Shown here piece after piece: positions 1 through 13,288 of a stretch of 64,000 nucleotides of DNA (the stretch's first letter is position 1; each line of letters begins with the position of its first letter). The DNA lies in contig NC_083417.1 of the NCBI RefSeq assembly GCF_020745735.1, positions 24,118,001-24,182,000 of the forward strand, read 5' to 3'. Below the pieces are notes generated by a model. It ran no database searches. It had not been told where the DNA came from and worked only from the letters and a program-made list of their open reading frames with translations. The stretch is from Hemiscyllium ocellatum (Eukaryota). The position numbers were made by a program, and so were the translations under genes.

Positions 1-99
1 AACTCTCATGCTCCTCGGATGCTGCCTGACCTGCTGTGCTTTTCCAGCACCACACTCTTGACTCTAATCTCTAGCATCTGCAGCCCTCAGTTTTTGCAT

Positions 100-295
100 T
101 AGCTGGACGGTTGGTTTGTAAAGCAGTTTGATGCTGACAGCATGGGTTCAATTCCTGCACCAGCTGAGGTTATCATGAAGGACTCTCCTTCTCAACCTCT
201 CCCCTCACCTGATGTGTGGCAGCCCTCGCATTAAACGACCACCAGTCATCTCTCTGTAATGAGAGAGCAGCCCTACGGTCTGCTAAGACTGATGA
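100..295 (+). mobile_element. tRNA-derived SINE, third family
   Basis: GGTTCAATTCC B box; related copies at ~16550-16780, ~51995-52080 and ~58825-58990. Confidence 0.55.
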
Positions 296-475
296 CTTGC
301 CTTGACAATACAGAAAGTAACAGATATTTTCTATTCAACCCGCTCAGTTGTGTTGACACATCTCTGAAGCATGAAGGACTTGAACCCAGGTCTTCTAGCT
401 CAGAAATAGGGACACTATTACTGCAACACAAGAGCTCACTGCAGGCACCATGTAATTGTAAATTATTGATGTTAC

Positions 476-581
476 CCTCAAATAATACTTCAGGCTTGCA
501 GTAAACGGATCCATCTTTTTCCTTCAGTGCACATGCTGTTGTGTTCCCAAGTGTGCACATATTTCTGCTCAACTCTGTCGT
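476..581 (-). CDS. BCO1: BCO1/BCO1-like exon 8 (gene continues left of the window)
   Basis: 106 nt; TTELSRNMCTLGNTTACALKEKDGSVYCKPEVLFE(G); splice phases are consistent across all eight exons. Confidence 0.92.
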
Positions 582-2371
582 CTGTTAAAGGTAAAGAAAG
601 CATTTAAAAAGACTTTTCTTCCCACTTTCTCCTCAAAGGCCCAATTTTAAATATACATTAATTGTTCCAGATTAATATACCACAGAATGGGCAGAATCAT
701 TAACATCAATACGCTAGAAAAGTGTGATCACCTTAAGTCTACACAATACAATTTCCAGTTGTGGGTCACAGATCGGCAATAACACGCTTTTCCATTACTA
801 CAGCAGTATTACTATGGCCTGTTGCACCAACCTACTATTACACCTGCTGAGAGTGATTCATCCCACATACATCAGGAGTCAAACATACCTTCTTTATTAT
901 ATCAATCAGTGCATTTACTTTCTCTACTAAAACGGTATGAGTGTTAGATTTAGGGTTCTGAAGCAGTCAGGCCAATACGAAACATTAACCTCGTTTCTTT
1001 CCCCACAGGTGCTGCTAGACCCGCTGAGTTTCTCCAGCACTTTCTGCTTTTATTTTACATTTCCAGTATTTCGAGTTTTCTCACCAACAAAATCCTTTAA
1101 GCATTTGGAACATTTGGGTAACTTGATGTGCGTGTACTGCCAGCATGAAGCTTCATCATTCGGCTGTGCAAATTGGGAAGTTGGGCACATGCTCTCCTCA
1201 ATTTCCTTTTCAATAAATTTAATGGACAAAAGAAATTAAAAATCTACCAGTTAAGATCTGCTGAATCTTGCAGTAAATGGGCATCTTTGTTGAAGTGGTA
1301 TTTATTTAAATCCCCATCTCATGCCATTCATGCACACCAACCTTGTCACGCCACACCATCCCATATTTTCCATCTGTCTCATATTGCTGTAGTCCATTTC
1401 CCATATCAAACCTTATCTTTACATCTGCTCAAATCAGACAAGTGATTGAAAATTTATCAAATATTACCATTTATTATTTATGCTCGATGCACTTATACTC
1501 CTGTCCAATGTTAGTTTCACAGTGCAGGCTCTGTACCCAAGCTGCACAGGCATTGATGCCGTGGTAAAATTCATGGGATCCTTTCTTAGACATCCCATGC
1601 AGATGTCTTAAACAGATATTAAAATGCCTTAAGTTTGTAAATTTGGAACTGAGCTTATGTATAAGCTTTTATTTTACATTTAGCACTGATACTCAATACA
1701 TGCATTTGGGAATTTCTTATTCAGGTTTCTTTCACAATCACCATAACCCATAAGTTAATTTTTATGAGTTTGTTTTAAAGGTAAAATTTATCTGAGAAGT
1801 CAGAAGGAGAACAAGTGTTCATCTTCTCCAATCTCTCATTTCGTACAACTTACCTGAAGGTTGCTGCTGGCAAAACTGGAAGCCAAAACTGACATCTCAT
1901 TTCAGGGAGAATGTCTGCACACTTGCTCTGATGAGATCTGAGGACCATCTTTTGTTGATTCACTGAGATCGTTTTGGGGCCAGAATGAGAACAAGGTCAG
2001 GTGCAATTTTATCCTTCAGATATCACACAATGGACTAACCAGTAGAGAAATACAAACTGATCACAAACGCACTTTATAACCACTGGAAGACTTTGTTGGC
2101 TTGTGGAGAAGATGTCCAGAAAATAAGCAGGCTGCTTGTTCTCAATACAATTGGGTAGCAAACGTGTTAGTCAAAGTAAAGTGAAAACAAGGGTCATGGA
2201 TTGCACTCATGCCCTCTACAACCCTAATTCTCACTCTGGGTTAAAGGCAACCCCAGCAATGCCTCAGTGGTTACTAAAAACAACAGACTCATCATCTTTG
2301 AGAACTGTTTGACTGCACCACTACTCACTGCACAACCTTAATTTGTTGCAGAAAAATGACAAAACGTTTAC

Positions 2372-2638
2372 CTTGTCATGATCCACAGGAATTATAAACC
2401 TTCTGCAAGATGGTTGACTGAAGGTTTTGCCTTTCATTTCGAATTCATGATTTGGCAAAGTCATGTTTTTTAAATAAAACATTTCGTACAAACTATTGTC
2501 ATCATATGCAATAATATCAAAGACCACATGATTGTCTTCCTCATAAGCATTGACATGATGGTAAACAACGAGTGCATCTGTGTAGAACTTTACTGGTAAA
2601 GGCTTCTTTGTTTTTCTGTCTATGATATGAATGTAAGT
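2372..2638 (-). CDS. BCO1: BCO1/BCO1-like exon 7
   Basis: 267 nt; TYIHIIDRKTKKPLPVKFYTDALVVYHHVNAYEEDNHVVFDIIAYDDNSLYEMFYL...CRRFIIPVDHDK, including the third Fe-ligand His (YHHVNAYE). Confidence 0.95.
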
Positions 2639-3757
2639 CTGAAAAACACAAAATTCATATTATAATGAATTCAATAAGTATAAATTGAAATTCTGCTGTT
2701 CCTCCGATGGAAGCACTTACGTCTCTGAATTACAAGTTTTTGAATACAATCCTCACTTTGGCACTTGAGCTAATAGTCCAAACCAATGTAATATCACATG
2801 GCTGTTAGATTGTCAGAAGGATGAATATTGCATTAAATTGAGGCCATGTCTACCTGGATAGATGTATGGTCCACATAAGGCTTCAGATCTGGATTTCCAG
2901 AACTGATATTTACTTTTCTTTAGCCACAGCCACAGCCATCCTCCCTGCTCCCTCAGTCAACATCTTTCCACCTTACAAAGTGTTCTGTGGCTGCTATCTC
3001 GGGGAGACCCAATGCAATCTTACAGTTTATAAACACCCAAAGGAGCATGCAACTAATTCTAAGCATCCCCAAATGCACAGTGTTCCTATTACCTTTGTGC
3101 AACGAAGGGAGTCGACCTGGCCATGGATTGCCATCTGAGGTCAACAACAAATATTCATGATGGGTCCAGTCTAGCTCATATATTGAGATGCAACCGTCAC
3201 TGATTTTCAGTCTTGTGATGCACTCCAGAGACTTTATGCAGGCAGTAATGAGCCATTATATAAGAGACCGTGGCTTGGAATTTAATCCAAGGGTCAGGTG
3301 ATACATCCAAATCAACATACAATGATAAAGATATGAATGGAAGTGAAAACTCACTGCGGTCTATGATAGGAAATTGAGATTAACAAGCTACAAGCCAAAA
3401 GACCTGACTCCATACTGTAGGACTCTATGACAAGGCCCTAGCATAATTGCAAAATGGCAGCCAAATGTATCTATATTTTAAAGGGACAATATGAAGGATG
3501 AGGTCATTATTTCAGACAAGCAAATTTTCAAAACAATTGGGAATAGAAAAACCTTCAAATCACCACACTTGAAGGAGTAAATATTTATGTACATAAATTA
3601 ATTAAGATATTTATGTGGGAAATCTTAAAGGTATTGTATAAATGCAAATTATTTTATTTAATGTTCTCACATGCTACTTCATGATTTAGACTTCCAAATA
3701 ACAGAAAATAATGAGAACCTAGCTTCAAACAAAGGCACTTAAGATTCCTGGCTATAC

Positions 3758-4078
3758 GGCACATCTCTGGGACACCTGCACCAATCAACTACACTGCCTT
3801 GTGGCCCAACATTTCAACTCCCCCACCCACTCTGCCGAGGACATGGAGGTCCTGGGCCTCCTTCACTGCCGCTCCCTCACCACCCGACACCTGGAGGAAG
3901 AACGCCTCATTTTCCGCCACGGAACACTTCAACCCCAGGGCATCAATGTGTACTTCTTAGCCTGCTGGACACGCTTTCCTCATTCCTGATGAAGGGCTTA
4001 TGCCCGAAACATCAAATTTCCTGTTCCTTGAATGCTGCATGACCTGCTGTGCTTTTCCAGCAACACATTTTCAGCCCT
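3758..4078 (+). mobile_element. Penelope-like element 3' fragment
   Basis: ORF 3801..3989 is the GIY-YIG C-terminus, followed by the terminal repeat. Confidence 0.85.
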
Positions 4079-4254
4079 ATATTTTCTTTCCAATATTTGA
4101 AGTCCAGTGCTATATGTCCAATATCATAATCATCACCTATTGTTCTTTAATCAAACATATTCTGATTTTGAAGCCTACATACATCATTGTTTTTGAGTGC
4201 TGTCTTTTATGAACAATATTTCCTTTTTTCCTCATGTTTCCTGTGTGCCATATA

Positions 4255-6310
4255 CTGGATTAGTGGTGCGGGAAGAGCACAGCAGTTCAGGCAGCATCCG
4301 AGGAGCAGCGAAATCGACGTTTTGGGCAAAAGCCCTTCATCAGGAATAAAGGCAGAGTGCCTGAAGGGTGGAGAGATAAATGAGAGGAAGGTGGGGGTGG
4401 GGAGAAAGTAGCATCGAGTACAATAGGTGAGTGGGGGAGGGAATGAAGGTGATAGGTCAGGGAGGAGGGTGGAATGGATAGGTAGAAAAGAAGATAGGCA
4501 GGTAGGACAAGTCATGGGGACAGTGCTGAGCTGGAAGTTTGGAACTGGGGTGATGTGGGGGAAGGGGAAATGAGGAAACTGGAGAAATCTGAGTTCATCC
4601 CTTGTGGATGGAGGGTTCCTAGGCGGAAGATGAGGCGCTCTTCCTCCAACCGTCGTGTTGTTATGGTTTGGCGATGGAGGAGTCCAAGGACCTGCATGTC
4701 CTTGGTGGAGTGGGAAGGGGAGTTAAAGTGTTGAGCCACGGGGTGGTTGGGTTGGTTGGTCCAGGTGTCCCAGAAGTGTTCTCTGAAACGTTCCGCAATT
4801 AGGCAGCCTGTCTCCCCAATATAGAGGAGGCCACATCGGGTGCAGCGAATGCAATAGATGATATGTGTGGAGGTGCAGGTGAATTTGTGGCGGATATGGA
4901 AGGATCCCTTGGGGCCTTGGAGAGAAGTAAGGGAGGAGGTGTGGACGCAAGTTTTGCATTTCTTGCGGTTGCAGGGGAAGATGCCGGGAGTGGAGGTTGG
5001 ATTAACGGGGGGTGTGGACCTGACGAGGGAGTCATGGAGGGAGTGGTCTTTTCAGAACGCTGATAGGGGAGGGGAGGGAAATATATCCCTGGTGGTGGGG
5101 TCCCGTTTGGAGGTGGCGGAAATGACGCGGATGATACGCTGTATATGGAGGTTGGTGGGGTGGTAGGTGAGAACCAGTGGGGTTCTGTCCTGGTGGCGGT
5201 TGGAGTGGCGGGGCTCAAGGGCGGAGGAGCGGGAAGTGGAGAAGATGCGGTGGAGGGCATCGTTGATCATGTCTGGGGGGAATCTGCGGTCCTTGAAGAA
5301 GGAGGCCATCTGGGCTGTACAGTATTGGAACTGGTCCTCCTGGGAGCAGATGCGGCGGAGACGAAGGAATTGGGAATATGGGATGGCGTTTTCACAGGGG
5401 GCAGGGTGGGAGGAGGTGTAGTCCAGGTAGCTGTGGGAGTCAGTCGGTTTATAGTAGATGTCCGTGTTGATTCGGTCGCCCGAGATAGAAATGGAAAAGG
5501 GAGGGAGGTGTCTGAGACGGTCCAGGTGAATTTGAGGTCGGGGTGGAAGGTGTTGGTAAAGTGGATGAACTGTTCAACCTCCTCGTGGGAGCACGAGGCA
5601 GCGCCGATACAGTCATCGATGTAGCGGAGGAAAAGAAGGGGGGTGGTGCCAGTGTAGTTGCGGAAGATGGACTGTTCCACATATCCTACAAAGAGACAGG
5701 TATAGCTGGGGCCCATGCGGATGTCCATGGCAACTCCTTTGGTTTGGAGGAAGTGGGAGGATTGGAAAGAGAAGTTGTTCAGGGTGAGGACCAGTTCAGT
5801 CAGTCGAAGGAGGGTGTCAGTGGAAGGGTACTGGTTGGTATGGCGGGGAAGGAAGAAGCGGAGGGCTTTGAGTCTTTCATGATGGGGGATTGAGGTGTAC
5901 AGGGACTGGATGTCCATGGTGAAAATAAGGCGTTGGGGACCGGGGAAGCGAAAATCAGGGAGGAGGTGGAGGGCGTGGGTGGTGTCCCGAACGTAGATGG
6001 GGAGTTCTTGGACTAAGGGGGACAGGACCGTGTTGAGGTATGCAGAGATGAGTTTGGTGGGCCCCACTCCGGCCTATCACCCTCACCTTGACCTCCTTCC
6101 ATCTATCACACCTCCATCGCCCCTCTCCCAAGTCCCTCCTCCCTACCTTTTATCTTAGCCTGCTGGACACACTTTCCTCATTCCTGATGAAGGGCTTATG
6201 CCCGAAACGTTGAATTTCCTGTTCCTTAGATGCTGCCTGACCTGCTGTGCTTTTCCAGCAACACATTTTCAGCTCTGATCTCCAGCATCTGCAGACCTCA
6301 CTTTCTCCTC
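4255..6310 (-). mobile_element. Penelope-like retroelement (RT + GIY-YIG), 5'-truncated and frameshifted, with an inverted copy of its terminus at ~6061-6310
   Basis: ORF 5267..6067 has RT motifs (TMDIQSLYTSIPH, QTKGVAM, RYIDD); the GIY-YIG C-terminus (AQHFNSPSHS...EEERLIFRLGTLHPQGMN) is in ORF 4512..4739; the termini are inverted repeats. Confidence 0.9.
6180..6215 (+). ncRNA. Minimal type-I hammerhead ribozyme motif (family A)
   Basis: ATTC-CTGATGA-A-GGGC(TTAT)GCCC-GAAA-CG-TT-GAAT in the inverted PLE terminus. Confidence 0.7.
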
Positions 6311-6439
6311 AAAGAAAATATAGGAACAAGCTTGCAGACTTTAAAACAGTGATAATGGGAGAATTTGAATTATGCTAAAAAGACAGGGAAAGAGGGGGAG
6401 GAATTTCTGATCAGTTTGTTTCAAGCCAAGGGGAAAGGA

Positions 6440-6905
6440 GTCATAGAGTCATAGAATCATAGAGTCATAGATTTACAGACATGTACAGCACGGAAACAGA
6501 CCCTTCGGTCCAACCTGTCCATGCCGACCATGCCCAACCCTATCTAGTCCCACTTGCCAGCACCCGGCCCATATCGCAACAAACCCTTCTTATTCATGTA
6601 CCCATTCAGATGTCTTTTAAATTTTGCAATTGTACTAGCCTCCACCACTTCGTCTGGCAGCTCATTCCATACACGTACCATCCTGTGTGTGGAAAAATTG
6701 CCCCTTAGGTCTCTTTTATATCTTTTCCCTCTTACCCTAAACCTATGGTCTCTAGTTCTGGACTCCCCCACCCCAGGGAAAAGATCTGACTATTTATCCT
6801 ATCCATGTCCCTCATGATTTTATACATCTCTATAAGGTCACCCCTCAGCCTCTGACGCTCCAGGGAACACAGCCCCAGCTTACTCAACCTTTCCCTCTAG
6901 CTCAA
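6440..6905 (-). mobile_element. CR1 LINE 3' end
   Basis: ORF 6544..6771 (RGNFSTHRMVRVWNELP); reverse-complement tail repeat agtcatag. Confidence 0.85.
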
Positions 6906-7336
6906 ATCAGCAGTTATAGAAAGGTACAAGGCAAAATCAAATATAAAAATGCTTTGTTAGAGGAAGGCTAGTTTCAGTGAATTGGAAAGGTGACCTGCCT
7001 GAGGTGGAATCACAGATTGACAGGGAAAGCTATGAGTGACCAATGCGATTCCTTCAAAGATAAGATTGTTCTGGTCAAGATGAATGCATTCTGTAGAGGA
7101 CAGGACTTGGGACATCAATGGAATTGGGACCTCCACATAATCCTAACATCCAAGATTATTTGAGCAACATTATCCCATATTCAAAATGAAAAACTGAATG
7201 GCTAATAACCCACAAGTCTACTTAAAATCTGCTGGCCCAAAGACAAAATAAGTTACTGCATTTTCGTGTTTATCAAGAGTGATACACCATCCAAACATGT
7301 CATTTGAAGTCGAAGCTTGGTTAAATGTAAGAGTAC

Positions 7337-7557
7337 CTTATCATCTGGGAACCAGCCCAGACAGCTGGCCCAGTTCACTCCTCTGAAGTAGGCTGTCGCC
7401 ATTTTAAGAATATCCAGTTTAAATGGCTGTTCAATGAAGACAACGTAGTTTGGCGTCATACCAAAACTGTGGTAGTAACTTGGACTTAACAGCGAGCGAC
7501 AAGGAATGGAACACAATACTTCACAATTTTTAAAGCACGTATTCTTCTTCTTCTCAT
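7337..7557 (-). CDS. BCO1: BCO1/BCO1-like exon 6
   Basis: 221 nt; DEKKKNTCFKNCEVLCSIPCRSLLSPSYYHSFGMTPNYVVFIEQPFKLDILKMATAYFRGVNWASCLGWFPDDK, including the second Fe-ligand His (YYHSF). Confidence 0.95.
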
Positions 7558-7867
7558 CTGTTTGTTTCAAAATAAATGAACAAAATAAAGTAACTGACGT
7601 CAGAAACAGAGGCATACGAGATTCAGAAATACCAGCAATGGTTCATGTGCAGGTATCTCAAACTCATTACCATAGAGTTATAGAGTGAGAATTGGCCAAC
7701 ATGGAAATGGACACTTCGGTCCAACTCATTCATGTTGACCGGATATCTAAATTAATCTAGTCTTATTTGCCAGCGTTTGGCCTATACCTCTCCAATCCAT
7801 CTCATTCATGTACCCATCTAGATGCCTTTTAAGTGTTGTAATTGTACCAGCCTCCAACAGTTCCTCT

Positions 7868-9012
7868 GTTGAAAACTGTGGTGCTGGAAAAACACAGCAG
7901 GCCAGGCAGCATCCGAGGAGCAGGAGAATCAAAGTTTCAGGCATAAGCCCTTCTTCAGGAATGAGGCTGGTGTGCCAAGCGGGCTGAGACAAAAGGTAGG
8001 GGGGGAGGGGCGCTGGGAATACGATAGGTGGAAGGAGGTGAGGGTGAGGGTGATAGGCCGGAGAGGGGGTGGGGGTGGAGAGGGTGGGAAGAAGATTGCA
8101 CGTCAAGAGGGCGGTGCTGAATCCGAGAGTTGGGACTGAGATAAGGGTGGGGGAGGGGAAATGAGGAAGCTGGAGAGATCTACATTCATCCCATGTGGTT
8201 GGAGGGTTCCTAGGCAGAAGATGAGGCGCTCTTCCTCCAGGCGTCGTGTGGCCAGGGTCTGTTGATGGAGGAGGCCAAGGACCTGCATGTCATTGGCGGG
8301 GTGGGAGGGGGAGCTAAAGTGTTCAGCCACGGGGCGGTGGGATGGTTGGTGCGGGTGTCCCAGAGGTGTTCCCTGAAACGTTCCGCAAGTAGGCGGCCTG
8401 TCTCCCCAATGTAGTGGAGACCACATCGGGTGCAGGGGACTACAATAAATGATGTGTGTGGAGGTGCAGGTGAATCTGCGACGGACATAGAAGGATCCAC
8501 TGGGACCTTGGAGGGAGGTGAGGGCGCAAGTTTTTTACTTCTTGCAGTTGCAGGGGAAGGTTCCAAGAGTGGAGGTTGCTTTGGTGGGAGGTGTGGACCT
8601 GACGAGGGAGTTGTGGAGGGAGTGGTCTCTCCTGAATGCTGATAGGGGTGGAGAAGGAAATATATCCCTGGTGGTGGGTTCTGTCTGGAGGTGGCGGAAA
8701 TGACGGAGGATGATACGATGTATCTGGAGGTTGGTGGGGTGGAAGGTGAGGACCAATGGTGTTTTTTCCTGGTGGCAATTGGAGGGGTGGGTTTCAAGGG
8801 CGGAGGTGCAGGAAATGGAGGAGATGCAGTGGAGAGCGTTGTTGACAACGTTGGAGGGGAAATTGCGGTCTTTGAAGGAGGCCATTCAAGTTGTTCGGTA
8901 GTGGAATTGGTCCTCCTGGGATCAGATGCGGTGGAGGCGGAGGAATTGGGAATATGGGATGGCATTTTTACAGGGGCAGGGTGGGAGGAGGTGTAATCTA
9001 GGTAGCTGTGGG
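7868..9012 (-). mobile_element. Penelope-like element fragment
   Basis: CGLHYIGETGRLLAERFREHL (GIY-YIG) in ORF 8210..8965; same family as 4255-6310. Confidence 0.88.
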
Positions 9013-10117
9013 ATTATGTGCCGATCACACCTCCTTATTAAATCTAAGGCCTATTATCAGCCACCATCCCACCCCTCCCAATTGTCTCCTGCCTTTCCAG
9101 AAAATCTAGGTTATGAGCTGACCAATCTTGTCATTTCCCATCGCTGTTCTCTCCACAAAACTCCTCCATCCCCCCACAATAACAACACTATAACCACTGA
9201 GCTGTGTCTAGGATTGTAGTCAAAAAGTGTGGCACTGGAAAAGCACAGCAGTTCTGGCAGTATCCGTGAAGCAGGAGAGTTGATGTTTGGGGCATGAGCC
9301 CTTCATCTAGACTTGTAACTGACAGCCGAAGCTCACTAGCAATAACAATCTTGATCAGGCAGGCAAACCAATGTTCCCTGGTATTGTTGACAGCCTTATT
9401 AGGTGTCTACACACCAGGGTCACACTCCAGTTCAAGAGCACTTCACTTTCTAAGCCTTCACATAGCTAGTTGAAGAAGTGCAGAGGACTTGCTGCTCAAT
9501 TATCCTCTTTCAACTATCGTCATTCATGCATGGGACATGGTCATTGCCCTCTAGGTGGTGGTGGTGAGCCTGCAGAACAGTAACTGGACTGCAAATATGA
9601 TCCCTGGGACTGCCTAGGCTCATTATAATGTGTGACATGGAAGGAATTTCTTTCTTTTCTTCTACTTCCAGATGATTTCTTTGGCCAAAGTAATTTCACA
9701 CCCTGATGTAAAAAGTTAATAAGGATCTCAAATACAGAGAATCTGAGTACTTTACATCCTTCAGAATATTGGACAACACAAAGACATTAAAAATAGTTTA
9801 GTCAACAAATGAACCATATGGTGCTGTACTGAATTATAAAATAGACTCATCTGGACTCTTACTTCTACTACAATAACACAGTGAGAACACTGGTGTCCAA
9901 GTCTGACTTGTAATGAGTGGAAGGTAGGAAGGACATTAGGGATAAATCAACAGATTACTACTAGATGCAACTACTCTAAGGAATAATTTATTGAAATACA
10001 AATAAGGACAGAACACTTTGGTGAAAGGAATTACCAAATCACACTGAATCATACATGTAAACTAAAATCAAAACCAGCCTTCAAACTTTCCAACATTATA
10101 AATCTCCATCAAGGTAC

Positions 10118-10265
10118 CTGGCTTTGTATTTGGTATCTTCACAAACAGGTATTTTGTTTTGCCCTTCTCAGCGATGGAGGTGCCCATATTGTAAGTGTTT
10201 CCTTCTCCATCATAATGTGGATGCGATGTTGCCAAGTTCAGAGAAACGTATTTTGTATAGTCAAC
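10118..10265 (-). CDS. BCO1: BCO1/BCO1-like exon 5
   Basis: 148 nt; VDYTKYVSLNLATSHPHYDGEGNTYNMGTSIAEKGKTKYLFVKIPNTKP, including the first Fe-ligand His (SHPHYD). Confidence 0.95.
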
Positions 10266-11050
10266 CTATATAAATATACCAAAGATAATCGATGCATCTT
10301 TTCATCTTTAACATACACTACCATTTACTGTTTTAATGACATATTAAAATGTTATAGCAGAAGTTCAATTGCAGAGAATTAGAACATCAGGAGAAATTAA
10401 AAATTAAAGCTGTTTATTACGCTTCCACCCATAAAACAGGTGACACACTGGATCCCGAGGTATTCTATCATGAAATGCAGTATACTGCGTGACACAAATG
10501 GTCATTCAGAAGGCTTCCAATGTCTTCCCCGCTAGGTAAGATGCTCACTTGAAGAGTTGGTGCAGAGTCAATCAATCAGTCAAATGGCCTCCTTCTGCAC
10601 TGTAACACATGCATATTGCATTTCAAGGCTCTAATATGTTTGTTCCATGATAAAGTAAAAGCTATCAAGTGAAACCTAGACAATCCTCAGAAGAAGGATG
10701 AAGTGTTCAGAGATACTCACAGGGATTAATCAGCTCAAGCAGAATAGAGTAATCTTTTGCCTACTCGCTCACTCAAATGATATCGCAGAGGTTTAGAAGT
10801 GAATAGCAGGGATATCATCATTCCATCCAAAACATGGGGTTTAAAGCCATTGGAGTGATAACTTTAATTCAGGAGGAAGGTTAAAACAGAAGCATTCCTG
10901 ATTAACTGGTGCAACCTAAAGACATCTAAAGTATTTGACTGTTGACAGTGTGTTAATTAAACATTGGCGACCATTCCCATGTAAACACAACAGTTCATCG
11001 AGTTGTCAAATATAATTCCTCCAATAGAGCTTTATTTTAATAAATCTCAC

Positions 11051-11198
11051 CTTCTCCAATGTTTCAAGAGTTCTAGGATCTATCCTTCTGATGTAGTTGA
11101 CCTCTGATGAAGCAAAGAAATCCTCACCATATTTAATTATATTGATCAAACAGTTATCAGTGAAATCAGGAATAGCGTGTGAGAGATAGGAAACTGCT
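11051..11198 (-). CDS. BCO1: BCO1/BCO1-like exon 4
   Basis: 148 nt; [49 protein letters not shown]; inside ORF 11006..11221. Confidence 0.95.
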
Positions 11199-11454
11199 CT
11201 GTAAAATAAAAACAAAGGCATGTTGCATGCTTATGTTTGTTTCCCATTTTGAGACAAGGTGCGATGGAACAATTTATGGAACTGAATGTATAAAATCAAT
11301 TGTTTCTGCAGTATTGGTGAAACTCAAGTTGCATATGTTATTGGACCCTAAAGATATATGATATGCACTAAGATTGTTGAAAGAAGGCAGAGAAGAGACA
11401 ATAAAAGCTTTGAGGCCATAGAAAAATGGAGGGGGGGGGTGGTAAATCATACAG

Positions 11455-11830
11455 ATACAAATAAAATTATGAAAGTAGTAGATGAGATAGAAGTAGAGAG
11501 GTTGTTTCCACTGACCGCTGAAACGAGAACAAGAGGGCATAGCCTCAGAATACATGCCAGCAGATTAAGGACTGAATTGAGGTGGAACGTTTTCTCCCAA
11601 AGGTTGTGAATCTGTGGAATTACCTGCCCAGTGAAGCAGTTTAGGTTACCTCATTCAAAGTCTTTAAGGCAAAGGATAGATTTTTGAACAGTAAAGGAAT
11701 CAAGGGTTACGGTGAGAGGAAAGGTAAATGGAGCTGAGTTCTCAACAATGTCAGCCATGATCTTATTGAATGGTGCACTAGCTCGATGGGCCAGATGGCC
11801 TACTCCTGATCCTATTGTTTATGTTCTTGA
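11455..11830 (+). mobile_element. CR1 LINE 3' fragment
   Basis: TRTRGHSLRI...FSQR peptide typical of the CR1 ORF2 C-terminus. Confidence 0.75.
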
Positions 11831-13288
11831 TTCTTGTTTTAAAATCCACCTTAAACATTGCAAATTTTGTTACTGAACAAGACATTAATTGGCAATTGGT
11901 CAAGAGGAGAAGGAAAAATTCAAAGACTGGCAAAAATTCTAATCAAATTGTAGGCAAACCCTGATGAATTTACCATTTTATTTGCAGAAATTGCATACTG
12001 GAGAGATAAAAGGTGCTCAGCAGAGGTGTTAAATATAAATTATCATAAGATTTTTAATAATACATTCCATGAGAATAATTCAGGTGTATGGAACATGAAG
12101 AAATGTAAGGACAAGATGAAGGCAGCCAAGAAAAAAAAGTTAGGATCATTGAGTTTTGCTATGACCACAGGTAGTAGTATTTCTTCAATAAAAGGTTAAG
12201 ATTTGTCCTTGATATGAACACATAATTGTGGCTGCAAATTTGCTAATAAGACAATATGAAGGATTATAAAATAATTAAGGAAGGAATGGACAAGATAAGA
12301 GAATAAATGATGCAATTTTATGTGCAGAGATGTGGAATGATATATATGCAAGAAAAATAACAAGGAATGGATATTTGTATTTGGTCCAAAGACTCTCAAG
12401 GCGATGGGATTTAGTGGGCAGAGAGCTAGAGATCCAAACTCCCTTCGTGAAAACATTTTGGGTCCATCTACATAAAATGGACTGCAGTGGTTCAAGAATG
12501 AAGCTCACTATCACCTTCTCAACAGAAGCTGGGATGGGCAATACATGCTGACCCAGCCATCAATGCCCACTTCCCATGAATTAAAAAAAACATGTCAGTG
12601 GAGATAGGTAAAGTCATAAGTCAAAACGTTTTTTTTAATAAATAGGAGCATGGAGTGCAACGGTCATAAAATAATAATGAATTTAAACAACAAAGTTGTC
12701 ACATCACAGTTTTTGTGTACTGTGTACAGTTGTGGACACTTTTTCATTTTAAAGACATTAAAGCTATTGAGGTATTTGACACAAATCTGCCAAGATGTTG
12801 GGAAACTACTGTTTAAGAAGATACTTGAGAAACTTTTACCATTTTCACTGGAACATAGATGCAATGCAAGCTTTTAAAATTACAAAAAAATTGAATAGGG
12901 TGAATAGGGTCAGACTAGCTTCTCTATTTGGAAAGTTGATGATAAAAAAATGTGTTACATTCACATCATCACTTAGGGAGTGAGAAACAGTTTTAGCTGG
13001 AAGAAATAGCTGTGCCTGAGGTCTGATTTGAGAATGGAGTGTTTGCCACTGGATTGTCTGAGGTGAAGCTTAATGCTTCCTTTTTGTTGAACAGAGTTAA
13101 TTTTGAAGCAGATAAAAGGGAGAAGGCCAGAACAGTAATATTCGTTTGGGTTGCTCTTGGAAAGGGTTGGCAATGCATAACTGGCCTGATTGCCATCTTT
13201 TGTGCTGCAAATTTCAACTCTTCCATGACAAGGATCAATTTGTTAACCAAAATAAATAGGAACAATCAGTAGATTTCTTCATGCTTAC

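Noticed and set aside
1848-1970. Perfect minus-strand donor (CAG|GTAAGT) and a plus-strand CTGATGA...CTGA stretch suggesting an extra exon, snoRNA or hammerhead
   Set aside because: The acceptors examined gave no frame-preserving exon, and BCO1 exons 7 and 8 already join in frame. The stretch is too short for a C/D snoRNA and lacks the GAAA needed for a hammerhead.
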